Virus record (IMG/VR): IMGVR_UViG_3300046472_000138
Reading direction: 5' to 3' (one strand)
DNA from: an uncultured virus (IMG/VR IMGVR_UViG_3300046472_000138)
Taxonomy: Duplodnaviria > Heunggongvirae > Uroviricota > Caudoviricetes
Length of the DNA stretch: 24,288 bases
The notes below the pieces were generated by a model. It was not told the origin of the DNA and searched no databases. It saw only the letters and a list, made by a program, of their open reading frames with translations. Position numbers and translations under genes: made by a program. Positions 7,594 to 17,107 of the stretch are shown piece after piece. Position 1 is the first letter of the stretch. Each line of letters starts with the position of its first letter.

Positions 7594-8034
7594 ATGGGTA
7601 CTGAATTAGCTAATTTCGGACAACAAAACTACGATCCCCCTTCAGTGCTGGCAATCCCGCCACGCAATTTTGTTTGCGGGACGTTATCAATGTCCACAGG
7701 GGCGCAATCCACGCTATTTGGATTCGATCTTTGGGTAATCCCGCGGGGTGGAGCGGCAACCGGATTAGGTAGTTCAATTGCCTCAGGACCGGCAGCGGGA
7801 TTAAATCTTTTATTGAGTGTAAACTGCAATCAGTCTGGAGTGACCTTTGTTCCGCAGGTTCAATTCGGGGATGGAGTATTCATTACGATGGTTCCTGGTG
7901 GAGTAATATTCCCAAGTGGGTTTTCTCAATATGAGTTAAAGGTTAATGGCGCATTCTTTAAAGGACTTGTGACTAGGGTTGCTTCGTCAACTACTGTGAT
8001 TACTTTCCACGCTTCGATGTTAGGGGATAATTAA
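7594..8034 (+). CDS. Putative virion structural protein (beta-rich)
   Basis: 146 aa, Gly/Ser/Thr rich, low charge, within the structural operon. Confidence 0.6.
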   Translation: MGTELANFGQQNYDPPSVLAIPPRNFVCGTLSMSTGAQSTLFGFDLWVIPRGGAATGLGSSIASGPAAGLNLLLSVNCNQSGVTFVPQVQFGDGVFITMVPGGVIFPSGFSQYELKVNGAFFKGLVTRVASSTTVITFHASMLGDN

Positions 8035-8801
8035 TGGCTGGAAATTATTTCTTAGATTATATCCGTTGCAAATTCGGAAAAGGTCAGACGGGCCGGACTG
8101 ATGATCCGATCATTTCAGTTGGTGGAATGAATGTTAGTGGGTCTTATGTTGGATTATCATTTGATGCTGCTGGATTTTTACTTGTTTCAGGTTCAGGTGG
8201 CGGCGGAGTACCTGTCACGATCACCGGAACACAAAGCACAAGAGTATTTGATAGTTCTGGAAACCCAGTCCTTGCCACTAATACCAACCCAATCGGGACA
8301 GAGCAAGGCTGGATCACACGTATTGCAGCAGCACAGGCTTTACAAGGTGGAACGGTTCAAGATAGCCCTGTGCTTGTCGGAGGTGAAGCTAGAACAACTG
8401 ATGGAACGACCTCCGCCAGTGCAACCCAACGCAGAATAATACTCGATTCACTTGGAAAGCTAGTTACTCTTCCAGGGGCGATTAATGATTTGCATCTTGA
8501 TGGGGCTGTATCGCAGGCTGGAGTCATCGCCACAGCTCTTATTGCCAATCAAGGCTCAGGAAAGCGCATTGCAATGCAATCCTTGCTTGTGACTTGCTCT
8601 GGCTCGGCAACGGTTCAAGTCATCATCAGTGGAGGGCCAAACAACCGCACGTTTGGATTTGCTGCTCCTGGCGGTGGATTTGCTCTCAATGCTGGTGGTG
8701 CACCTCTCTATATCACTTCTGCCTCAACTGCGTTATCCGTTGCAGGAGATGTGACCTCAACAATGGATATTTTCGCCTCTGGCTACTCTCTTGGTAACTA
8801 A
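8034..8801 (+). CDS. Putative spike/vertex structural protein
   Basis: Gly/Ser/Thr/Ala rich, with a GSGGGG linker and a beta-rich C-terminal domain. TAATG overlaps at both ends. Confidence 0.65.
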   Translation: MAGNYFLDYIRCKFGKGQTGRTDDPIISVGGMNVSGSYVGLSFDAAGFLLVSGSGGGGVPVTITGTQSTRVFDSSGNPVLATNTNPIGTEQGWITRIAAAQALQGGTVQDSPVLVGGEARTTDGTTSASATQRRIILDSLGKLVTLPGAINDLHLDGAVSQAGVIATALIANQGSGKRIAMQSLLVTCSGSATVQVIISGGPNNRTFGFAAPGGGFALNAGGAPLYITSASTALSVAGDVTSTMDIFASGYSLGN

Positions 8802-9847
8802 TGCCGATCTATCTTGCTCCATATGTCGGGACTGGAAAATTTAGAGTCGATCCTTTTAGACCTTATGGATACGATGAGCCTGGATGGTCTTCTTTTGATT
8901 TAAGAAAAGATTGCACCAAACTAGGCAAATGTCTAGTCGAATACCAATTCCCAAACAACAATTACAGACTAACCAAAATTGCCGAACATGGCTCTGAGTT
9001 AGAGCCTTGGGTTAAGACTCTCGGCTTTGATGATTTCCATCTAGGGAATTGGTCTTGGCATCGGAATCCTCATCAAGAAGAATTTATTTACGAAGTCGTC
9101 GCCCGCGATTTCTTAAAAAGAAAGAATCTTAGGCCGAGATTAATTGCTGCTCTAGGTTCTGCCTTGATTGCTTCTATTCTTGCTTCTTCAGGTTTGCTGG
9201 ATTGGAAGGAAATACTGCTTCTTCTTCCACCTTTCTTAACTCTTCCTGCAACAGATAATTTTTCTGGTTCTGCTGCTGACCTTATCGATCCGCCTTGGAA
9301 ACCTGTTAGATCAGGAATTAATTTTCTTATGAAAAGAAATGGCAGCAGTCAAGCTACTCCTGATACGGTTGGGGGGTCATTCGATGCCTTTGCTTATTGG
9401 GATAGTGACACTTTTAATAATAATCAATATTCTCAATCAGTCTTTAAAGGGGCAGTGGCAGGAAGTGCTTACGTTTACATTATTTGCAGGGCAACTGGTC
9501 AGGATGCAACACAGACATATTACTGGTGCTGGACTGATGGGTCAGGGGGAGATAATCATTTATTTAAAACAGTCAATAATGCTGGAACGGATTTGCAAAA
9601 TATTGGTGCAACATATGCTGTAAATGATTTATTTTATATAGAAGCGAGTGGAACAACGATCAAAGTTGAAAAGAATGGGGTTCAGACTGGAACTAATCAA
9701 ACCGATAGCTCAATTTCTTCTGGAGCTGCCGGTATTGGTGGGCTTTTGAATGTCACAAGCCTACAAACCAATTGGGAAGGTGGGAATATAGCTTCCTCAA
9801 CAGGGAAGAAATTCTCAAATCTGGCTTTGTTAGGGGTTGGGAATTAG
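8801..9847 (+). CDS. Putative spike-associated protein with a central hydrophobic segment and a C-terminal lectin-like beta-sandwich
   Basis: Central LIAALGSALIASILAS. C-terminal ...IEASGTTIKVEKNG...DSSISSGAAGIG pattern. Ends LALLGVGN. Confidence 0.6.
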   Translation: MPIYLAPYVGTGKFRVDPFRPYGYDEPGWSSFDLRKDCTKLGKCLVEYQFPNNNYRLTKIAEHGSELEPWVKTLGFDDFHLGNWSWHRNPHQEEFIYEVVARDFLKRKNLRPRLIAALGSALIASILASSGLLDWKEILLLLPPFLTLPATDNFSGSAADLIDPPWKPVRSGINFLMKRNGSSQATPDTVGGSFDAFAYWDSDTFNNNQYSQSVFKGAVAGSAYVYIICRATGQDATQTYYWCWTDGSGGDNHLFKTVNNAGTDLQNIGATYAVNDLFYIEASGTTIKVEKNGVQTGTNQTDSSISSGAAGIGGLLNVTSLQTNWEGGNIASSTGKKFSNLALLGVGN

Positions 9848-9850
9848 GTT

Positions 9851-11545
9851 ATGGCCCTCTCCGCGAATACAATCTGGGAAATCCAAACTGGTGGTAGTGA
9901 TACCACTAATGGCGGCGGTTTCGATCCTTCCCAAACTGCCGGGATGTTTACAGATGGAGCGGCAACCCTGGCGACAAGTGCTGCTCCAGTCTTCACCTCT
10001 GCAAGTTATAACTTTGTTGCTGGTGATGTGGGCGCATGGGTCTATATTGCTAGTGGAACAAACTGGACTCCTGGATGGTACAAGATTGCTTCGGTTGCTG
10101 CGAATGCTGCGACACTCAATGCAACAATCGGATCAGCCAATTTAAAGCCTGCGGCTTCTTGTGGACCTACTCCTACAACTGCGACAGGATGTGCAACTGT
10201 TGCTTCCCCAACTGGAGCAACCTGGACCATTGATTACTCTCAAGGGACCAGTCCAATTTTCACCTATACCGATCTTGCATCGGTTGGTGCTGGATTAACA
10301 GTCACCTCAGCGGCTCATCCTTTCGGAAAACAGCAAGTCGGGAATGCAATCATCATTACAGGTGGAACTAATTTCACGGCAGGGGTTTATGTCATTGCCT
10401 CTGTTGCTGTTGTCACGGCGACTGTCGTAGGTCCAGGGAATATCACTTCAGGTGTTGGGGCTTCCGGTACTGGCAGTTTAGGAGGTTGCTTTGCAAGTCC
10501 TGGCTTTGCTGGATCGGTTGGGGTAGGTGGAAATCAGTACATGATTAAGTCCGGCACGTTCACGATCACTTCAGCCACTCAGAATATTGCCGCTGGCTGC
10601 TTTAAGCCGACAGGTGGGAATACAGGAGCAATGACTTACACAGAGGGTTATCAAACTGTTCGAGGAGATAGAGGGACAAGGCCAACCTTAATTTTAAATA
10701 CTGGTGTTTCGACTACTAAAATCGTCGATCTAACTTCAGCAACTTATCAACGATGTATCAACCTGATCATTGATGGTCATTCTGAAACCTCTTCTCAGGG
10801 ACTTTTAAGTGGAACCTTCACTTATATTGAATTGATCAAAGCCCAGAACTGCACGAATAGCGGAATTAGTCTGCCTGCCGGAGTAGCTGTAAGATGTGAA
10901 ACTACTGGATGCTCTACCCAACCAGCATTTTTAGCGAGTGTTGCTAGTGCCACAAACAATCTTCTATACGCTTGCGAATCTCATGGAAACACGGTTACTG
11001 GATTTTCGGCTGTAGGTAATCAGCTTGTAAACTGTATTTCTTATGCGAATTCAGGGGCTTCATCGGACGGTTTTTATACTGGAACAGCTAGGGGAGTTTT
11101 TATTAATTGTTCTTCATATAATAATGGGAGAGACGGGTTTAGAAATGATTCCGGGAATCCAGCGGCTTTTATTAATTGTATAGCTGAAGCCAATGTAGTC
11201 GGATTCAATAGTGACAATACAGCCGGAAACAATCCTTTCTTAATCAATTGTGCAGGATTCAATAATTCCGGTGGGAATTTCACCACAGCTAACTATGGTA
11301 ATGGGCAGGTGTTTGGATTTCTGGCTTTGACAGCGTCCCCATTTACAAGTCCAGGAACTGGAAATTTCGCGCTCAACAATACAGCAGGTGGAGGAGCGTC
11401 TGTTAAAGCGGTTGGTTCTCCTACGGTTTTCCCTTCAGGGACAACCAACAACTTCCTTGATCTTGGGGCAGCACAAGCAGCATGTAGTGCGGTCCTTGCT
11501 GTTGCTTCGGGTTTATTAAGACTTATTGGAGTTGGTCGATGGTAA
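9851..11545 (+). CDS. Putative spike/receptor-binding protein with a right-handed beta-helix
   Basis: Repeated NC(I/S/A)xxxN...GF units. Gly/Thr/Ala rich. Ends LRLIGVGRW. Confidence 0.75.
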   Translation: MALSANTIWEIQTGGSDTTNGGGFDPSQTAGMFTDGAATLATSAAPVFTSASYNFVAGDVGAWVYIASGTNWTPGWYKIASVAANAATLNATIGSANLKPAASCGPTPTTATGCATVASPTGATWTIDYSQGTSPIFTYTDLASVGAGLTVTSAAHPFGKQQVGNAIIITGGTNFTAGVYVIASVAVVTATVVGPGNITSGVGASGTGSLGGCFASPGFAGSVGVGGNQYMIKSGTFTITSATQNIAAGCFKPTGGNTGAMTYTEGYQTVRGDRGTRPTLILNTGVSTTKIVDLTSATYQRCINLIIDGHSETSSQGLLSGTFTYIELIKAQNCTNSGISLPAGVAVRCETTGCSTQPAFLASVASATNNLLYACESHGNTVTGFSAVGNQLVNCISYANSGASSDGFYTGTARGVFINCSSYNNGRDGFRNDSGNPAAFINCIAEANVVGFNSDNTAGNNPFLINCAGFNNSGGNFTTANYGNGQVFGFLALTASPFTSPGTGNFALNNTAGGGASVKAVGSPTVFPSGTTNNFLDLGAAQAACSAVLAVASGLLRLIGVGRW

Positions 11546-12888
11546 AATCTCTCTATTCTAGTATCATCATTATCTTCTTTTCACTTTCAATTCAGGCTAC
11601 TCCTATAGACGTTTCTCAACTTTCGACATCTGGGAATGGCAGCCAATCTTCCTGCTGGCAGGGTTGGGATACAGCAATCACATGGGTTGGAGAGCAGGAA
11701 TATTACTTTCCTGGTGGAGTCTATTGTTATTCCACTTCTCCAAATTTCCTGAAAACCGGGATTGCTTTGAGAGGCGAGGCGGGAACGATCCTCAAACATA
11801 CCGGCTCTGGGAATGCGGTCATCTTTGATGATCCTGGGGGCCTAACTCCTATTCAAGCCAATTGGGTTGCAAATGTCCGAATGGAAAATTTCATTATTCA
11901 GGGCAATACAGCTACAACCAATGGCTTATTTCTTCGCGGGGTTAGAAACGGAATTTTTAAACATATTTCCGTTAGAAACGTATCGAATGCTGGTCTTTGG
12001 TCTGAAGCCTGTGTAACCAATATCCTTGAGAACTTCAGGGTATCACATTGGGAAAATAATGCTGGTGGAATATGGAACGTCACTCCTGCCTATGGGATTG
12101 TCTTAGCCTCAAGAGGAATTGATGCAACGACGACCTGGACGATTGAAAATCCAGTGATTGAGGGCGTGTCGGGAATAGGGATATGGATACAAGTAGGCTG
12201 CTTCAGCAATACTCTCATTAATGGGACAGCAGAAGGAAACCCTGGCAAGGGTATTGTAATTCAATCCTATCGAAACACGATTATTAACACGGACTTTGAG
12301 GCGAATGTCGGAAATGATATTGAGATATCTGGGGATCGGAACGCTCTGATTAATGTCAGCAGTTCAAATAACCTCATTGTTTCTGCTGGAGCCGGAACTA
12401 AATTAATTGGTGGAAGTTTCCACAATATTTCCCTTAATGGACCGCACCAGTCTATTGTCATGGGAATCGATTATACTGGAACGTTCATCGATACAGACGA
12501 TCAATTCTCAACGATTAAAATGGCAAATGTCGGCCCAAGTTCAGATGGATATGTCCGCTATGATACGACGATTCGGAATCCAATTTCTCGCATGATTGCA
12601 CTAAATTCAAGTGGCAACGTAGTCAATTCGGATTGCCGGTTGGCATCTAGTTTCTATACAGCCGTTTATGCGAATTTCCTGTTGAGCAATCCCACTAATC
12701 CTACGAACGGGCAACGATTGACGTGGAGAATCCAGCAAGGCGGAGCAGGCGGGAATCAGATTATGTTTGGAAGCAAGTTTAGACCTAAAGCAGGTCAGCC
12801 ATTTCCAGTTCTTTCCACTCCGCTAAATTCTAATGATTATATTTCAGCCATCTACAATTCAACTTGGGACATATGGGATATCCAATAA
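11539..12888 (+). CDS. Pectin-lyase-like beta-helix protein with an N-terminal signal peptide
   Basis: YFPGGVY...IALRGEAGTILK start typical of pectate-lyase-3-like helices. Asn/Ile ladders. Hydrophobic N-terminus ending IQA. Confidence 0.75.
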   Translation: MVKSLYSSIIIIFFSLSIQATPIDVSQLSTSGNGSQSSCWQGWDTAITWVGEQEYYFPGGVYCYSTSPNFLKTGIALRGEAGTILKHTGSGNAVIFDDPGGLTPIQANWVANVRMENFIIQGNTATTNGLFLRGVRNGIFKHISVRNVSNAGLWSEACVTNILENFRVSHWENNAGGIWNVTPAYGIVLASRGIDATTTWTIENPVIEGVSGIGIWIQVGCFSNTLINGTAEGNPGKGIVIQSYRNTIINTDFEANVGNDIEISGDRNALINVSSSNNLIVSAGAGTKLIGGSFHNISLNGPHQSIVMGIDYTGTFIDTDDQFSTIKMANVGPSSDGYVRYDTTIRNPISRMIALNSSGNVVNSDCRLASSFYTAVYANFLLSNPTNPTNGQRLTWRIQQGGAGGNQIMFGSKFRPKAGQPFPVLSTPLNSNDYISAIYNSTWDIWDIQ

Positions 12889-14297
12889 AGAAGGTTAGCA
12901 TCATCACGGTTTGCCATAATCAGCTCGCACATACAAAGCGGTTTATCAAGAGCCTCATTCGATACACGCCGCAAGAGCCGATTGAGTGGGAGTTGATTTG
13001 CATTGATTCAGGATGCACTGATGAAACGGCTAAATATTTAATGGAACTACATAACGCTAATTCAACCCTGATTCCAAGCATTATTGGAGAGGGTGAAAAT
13101 ATTGGATGGATAAAGGGGATCAATCACGGATTGAAATTTGTTTCTGAAGATTCAGATATCGTTATCTTCTCCAATAACGATGTGGTCCTTGAAAAGACCG
13201 GGTGGTTGGAAACTCTCTGCAAGCACTTTACTGAATCAGTGGGAGCGGTTGGACCGACTTCAAATTATGTCATGGGAAGACAACAAGTCGAAAATAATGT
13301 GCCTGGAGTGACTGAGGAGGAAACAAGATTCTTAATTGGTTTCTTTATGGCAGTTCGGAAGGATGTTATCGACGAAATTGGACCTCTTGAAGAGAATCTA
13401 GCCGATTGGATGCCCGATGCTGATGAAGAGACAAAGCAGAAATTAGCCTTGGGTGGGGCTGATGACCTGGATTATTCAATCAGAATGCGGATTGCTGGTT
13501 ATCGGATGATGATTGCGCGGGATGTCTTTGTATGGCATTCAGGAAGTAAGACTTTCTTTGATGTTGTTGGGAAAGATGGCTATAACAACCAATGGAGGAC
13601 GGCAGATCAAGCACTATTGAATAAGTGGGGGCCGGAAGAACTCAATGAGTTATATGCTGCGCCTCTCAAGCTAGCTTTCGGAATTCCACTCCGAGGTTGG
13701 CATGTTCACTGGAAATTTGCTTCCAGCTTGAACCAAATGATTAAGCCTCCAAACTGGATGCAGATTGAAGCACCTCGCACAGTAGTTGACCATGCCAGGA
13801 ATCTAATCGTCCTGCAAGCCCAGAAAGACAATGCTAGTTATATTCTCTTTGTTGACGATGACCAGATTTTCCCGCGGGACTTGTTCTTTAGACTATTAGG
13901 GCATGGAAAGGAAGTGGTAGCGGCTCTCGCCTTTGGGCGGGTTGCTCCATACCGGCCTTGTGTCTATTCTTGGGAAACTTCGAGAGAAAACGGAAATCTG
14001 ATGGTTAGGGATCGGCCGGACCTGATTAGGACAGGATTACAGAAGGTGGATGCCGTCGGGATGGGTGCGATGCTCATTAGAATGGATGTTTTTAAGCGTT
14101 TGGGGCCGCAGCCTTGGTTTAAGTTTGATGAGGTGGGCGAAGACCTCACCTTCTGCGATAAATGCGCACAGAAGGGAATTCCGGTCTATTGCGACACCGA
14201 TCTAATCTTGCCTCACATCACCGATGAAGGGGTAGAGATTACGGATTATCATTTTGTTGAGTACCATAAATTTCAGAACCAACCAAAAGCAGTATGA
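12873..14297 (+). CDS. Tandem family 2 (GT-A) glycosyltransferase
   Basis: Domain 1: VSIITVCHN, IDSG, FSNND, DDLDY, VWH. Domain 2: LFVDDD, GMGAMLI, GEDLTFC. ATG at 12873 preferred over TTG at 12864. Confidence 0.9.
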   Translation: MGYPIKKVSIITVCHNQLAHTKRFIKSLIRYTPQEPIEWELICIDSGCTDETAKYLMELHNANSTLIPSIIGEGENIGWIKGINHGLKFVSEDSDIVIFSNNDVVLEKTGWLETLCKHFTESVGAVGPTSNYVMGRQQVENNVPGVTEEETRFLIGFFMAVRKDVIDEIGPLEENLADWMPDADEETKQKLALGGADDLDYSIRMRIAGYRMMIARDVFVWHSGSKTFFDVVGKDGYNNQWRTADQALLNKWGPEELNELYAAPLKLAFGIPLRGWHVHWKFASSLNQMIKPPNWMQIEAPRTVVDHARNLIVLQAQKDNASYILFVDDDQIFPRDLFFRLLGHGKEVVAALAFGRVAPYRPCVYSWETSRENGNLMVRDRPDLIRTGLQKVDAVGMGAMLIRMDVFKRLGPQPWFKFDEVGEDLTFCDKCAQKGIPVYCDTDLILPHITDEGVEITDYHFVEYHKFQNQPKAV

Positions 14298-14300
14298 TTC

Positions 14301-15323
14301 ATGCACTTCAAGTTGCTCACAATTATAATATTCGTCCTGCTCTTGCTAGGGGGTTACTTTGGCAATCTTGCCGATGCTCAAACTATAACTGTAGCCAAAG
14401 GGACCGCAGTTGATACAATTGCCAAGGGGATCAGCCTACTCACTCCTGGCGGGACATTAATTGTTAATTCTGGCTCTTATGCTGAAATCATTGGGAACAT
14501 CCCTTCTGGTTCTTCTGATTCTCTCAGGACAACGGTTCAAGCCAATGGTGCAGTCGTCTGTAATGGGATCGATGTTTATAGCCGGAATTACATCACGGTC
14601 AGGGGATTCACATTTAATGGGTATACAAACCGAATAGGCCGATCAAGTGAAAGCAACGTACCTAGCACCTACATCACATTTGAGAATTGTATTGCTCAGA
14701 ATTGGGGCGGCGGCGGATCTGGCGGCGGTGGGTTTATGCCAGGCTTCCGACAATATGGAGTTTCTTGTTTCATCAAGCTAATTAATTGCTCGGCGCATAA
14801 TAATGGCTCAACAAGTCTCGATCATGGGGTTTATGTCTCAGGTCGGGACATTACAGTTCAAGGCGGCAGCTATTACGGGAATTCAGGGCATGGAATCCAG
14901 GTTTTTTCATCTTCTGGGGCTGGCTCAACAAATAATAGCTTAGTTCAAGGAGTTGAATCTCACGATAATGGATCATTTGGGATTGGGCTTTATTCAGGCG
15001 TAAACCTTCGGGCAATTGGGAATAAGGTCTATAACAATGGGAAGATTATCTCCGGTTCAGGTCAACTCAGAATCGACTATGGAGCTATTTCGGCAGTGGT
15101 TCAAAACAATGATATTTGCGGGACAAATCCTATTGTGGACAATGGAACAAATACTCAGAAATCTAACAACACTTGTGGGGGTGTAGTGATTCCAAGTCCA
15201 CCAGTGACAACAGTTCCTCCACCATCAAATTTAAATACTCCTCCTGCGGCTAGTTCTGGAATCTCTCCGATGGTTTTGGCTGCTGGAGCAGGGGTCTTGT
15301 TATTGATTATGTCAGGCGAGTAA
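14301..15323 (+). CDS. Type I membrane beta-helix protein (signal peptide, beta-helix, Pro-rich linker, C-terminal TM)
   Basis: Signal peptide ending ADA. DHGVY, GHGIQ and SFGIG rungs. PSPPVTTVPPP linker. MVLAAGAGVLLLIM anchor. Confidence 0.8.
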   Translation: MHFKLLTIIIFVLLLLGGYFGNLADAQTITVAKGTAVDTIAKGISLLTPGGTLIVNSGSYAEIIGNIPSGSSDSLRTTVQANGAVVCNGIDVYSRNYITVRGFTFNGYTNRIGRSSESNVPSTYITFENCIAQNWGGGGSGGGGFMPGFRQYGVSCFIKLINCSAHNNGSTSLDHGVYVSGRDITVQGGSYYGNSGHGIQVFSSSGAGSTNNSLVQGVESHDNGSFGIGLYSGVNLRAIGNKVYNNGKIISGSGQLRIDYGAISAVVQNNDICGTNPIVDNGTNTQKSNNTCGGVVIPSPPVTTVPPPSNLNTPPAASSGISPMVLAAGAGVLLLIMSGE

Positions 15324-15502
15324 TGTTTAAGGATTCAACCAATCAGGAAGTCTTAGGCACATGTGATGTATGCCACAAACAGAAAATGGTGTCTTATTGT
15401 CCATTATGCAAGGCGTGGCTGTGTGATCAATGTCAACGAGATTGGGCAGGTAGGGGGTTAGCTGCCCTAAAAAGATTTTTGGATTATGGCCGAGCAATTT
15501 AA
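15323..15502 (+). CDS. 59 aa Cys-rich, B-box-like zinc-binding protein (not in the ORF track)
   Basis: Manual translation contains CDVC-x8-CPLC-x4-CDQC. TAATG overlap with the upstream stop. Confidence 0.65.
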   Translation: MFKDSTNQEVLGTCDVCHKQKMVSYCPLCKAWLCDQCQRDWAGRGLAALKRFLDYGRAI

Positions 15503-15836
15503 ACATACCGTTTCCCTCAAAAAATACATGCGCGGCCACCAAAAAGAGACAGAACTCAGGTGGAAAGCGCATAGAAGAGAACATGAATTGATGGAAAAGG
15601 CTTTAGGCAAGGCAGAAGAGGCGATGGGTACAAGGCTAGCTGCCATGAATGAATTTAGAGCCGCATTAGAGAATCGGGAGAACGCTTTTGCCACTAAAGA
15701 AACTTTGCAGGTAGCAAGTGATCGGGTGGATGATCTGGAGAAGTTCAGAGACCGATTTATAGGGGTTATTTTCGGAATAACTGCCTTAAATGCTTTTGTT
15801 TCCTATCTAATCATTAAGCTTCTTGGATTAAAGTAA
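15486..15836 (+). CDS. Coiled-coil protein with a C-terminal TM (holin-like or membrane virion protein)
   Basis: Charged helical body and FIGVIFGITALNAFVSYLII anchor. Directly upstream of the muramidase. Confidence 0.7.
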   Translation: MAEQFKHTVSLKKYMRGHQKETELRWKAHRREHELMEKALGKAEEAMGTRLAAMNEFRAALENRENAFATKETLQVASDRVDDLEKFRDRFIGVIFGITALNAFVSYLIIKLLGLK

Positions 15837-15837
15837 G

Positions 15838-16416
15838 ATGCCAAGCCTTAGCGACATTCAAAATCTGATCATACAAGATGCGACTCAGCAAGGGTTAAAT
15901 CCTGCCTTGGCCTTGGCGGTTGCTGAGGCTGAGAGCGCATTTAATCCAGGCGCGGTTAGTCCGGTTGGCGCGGTTGGGGTGTTTCAATTGATGCCTGCGA
16001 CGGCTGGGGATTTAGGGGTTGATCCTTACGATTGGCAACAAAACATCGACGGAGGGACAAGATACCTTTCCAGCCTATCAAGTCATTACCCTGGGCGACC
16101 TGATTTGATCCTAGCGGCTTATAATTGGGGGCTTGGGAATGTCAATCGGATGATTTGGGGAAGTACAGGATTTCCACCAGGGCAAACGATACAAGCGTTC
16201 TCGACCTCGCAGGTCATGGGAAGCGTACCGGCCGAAACTTCAGCCTATATCAATCGTGTTACTTCCCTGATGGTCAAATGGTCAAATGATCCGATCTTGA
16301 TTGGTGTGCCAGGAACAGATAATGGTGGCGGGGTTGACATCACAAATGGGGATCAGTTAGTTATCATCGGGGTTGTTGTGGGGGTGATGTTGCTTTGGGT
16401 GATGCTAAAGAGGTAA
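15838..16416 (+). CDS. Lytic transglycosylase (SLT family) with a C-terminal membrane anchor
   Basis: AES catalytic Glu motif, GVFQLMP, AAYNWG, ETSAYI. C-terminal LVIIGVVVGVMLLWVMLKR. Confidence 0.92.
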   Translation: MPSLSDIQNLIIQDATQQGLNPALALAVAEAESAFNPGAVSPVGAVGVFQLMPATAGDLGVDPYDWQQNIDGGTRYLSSLSSHYPGRPDLILAAYNWGLGNVNRMIWGSTGFPPGQTIQAFSTSQVMGSVPAETSAYINRVTSLMVKWSNDPILIGVPGTDNGGGVDITNGDQLVIIGVVVGVMLLWVMLKR

Positions 16417-16626
16417 TTTCCATTCCATGTCTTCTTCCTTGCAGCCTGTATAAACAATCTTTTCTCCATCATATACGGTAGCCCTGGGATCAATAAATAT
16501 AGTCTGTTTCCCATCATCAATAAATGGATTGCTTATTTTTTGACCTTTAAACGGAGGAAGCAAAGAAAGATTTCCAGTTACATTAAGCTCCTTTCCGCTC
16601 GGATAGATGATGTGGTAATTTCTCAT
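16405..16626 (-). CDS. Hypothetical protein
   Basis: ATGA coupling and GGAG upstream. The 3' end overlaps the convergent SLT gene. Confidence 0.6.
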   Translation of the reverse strand: MRNYHIIYPSGKELNVTGNLSLLPPFKGQKISNPFIDDGKQTIFIDPRATVYDGEKIVYTGCKEEDMEWKLPL

Positions 16627-16877
16627 TCCTTCTCCTCCTCAACCTCAACCTTGTAAGTGCCATTCTGCATGGCATTCCTTAGCTCAACCATTGACAGCCT
16701 AGCCTCTTTCTCTGAGTCGTATTCGCGGCTGATGATGTCTGAGCGGTCAAGGTCTAGGATGTTCACAACATAGAATCCGGCATCATTCTTGGCTATCCTA
16801 ATAAAGTGCGTGACAGGTTGATGACCAAGAGGAGTAATAAGTTCTTTTTGTTTATGTTTGAATTTGAAGAGGCTCAT
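16623..16877 (-). CDS. Hypothetical protein
   Basis: Start at 16877 (MSLFKF) preferred because of GGAGGGG and ATGA coupling. Confidence 0.65.
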   Translation of the reverse strand: MSLFKFKHKQKELITPLGHQPVTHFIRIAKNDAGFYVVNILDLDRSDIISREYDSEKEARLSMVELRNAMQNGTYKVEVEEEKE

Positions 16878-17107
16878 TTCCCCTCCGGTACCCATTCATA
16901 ACAATAATCGTCAGTAGCAACCCACGGCCAACAGGTTGCATAAGCCTCTCCATCCTGCATCATGCCTTCCATTTGACAATGCGGGGCCTTCCGGTGACAA
17001 GTCCCGCCATTTTCATCTTCTGGAACAAAAGCACCGCAATTCCCGCAAGACTGATCTTTTGATTTAGCCATTTTCCCCCCTCTTTTTATTTTGACTGTGT
17101 TGGACAT
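16874..17107 (-). CDS. Small Cys-rich phage protein
   Basis: CGNC...GTCHRKAP...WPWV...DYCYEW pattern. May start at 17071. Confidence 0.7.
   Translation of the reverse strand: MSNTVKIKRGGKMAKSKDQSCGNCGAFVPEDENGGTCHRKAPHCQMEGMMQDGEAYATCWPWVATDDYCYEWVPEGK

Larger units (their letters stand above)
1..16416 (+). mobile_element. Putative virion/late gene module of a tailless, probably membrane-containing prokaryotic virus (runs off the left edge)
   Basis: Co-oriented genes, many with overlapping stop/start codons. Includes beta-rich capsid-like and spike-like proteins, several C-terminally anchored membrane proteins and a lytic transglycosylase. No tailed-phage morphogenesis gene recognised. Confidence 0.7.

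Noticed and set aside
8034..15323. Invertible or DGR-type receptor-switching cassette
   Set aside because: All spike-like genes are co-oriented. I found no flanking inverted recombination sites, template/variable repeat pair or reverse transcriptase.
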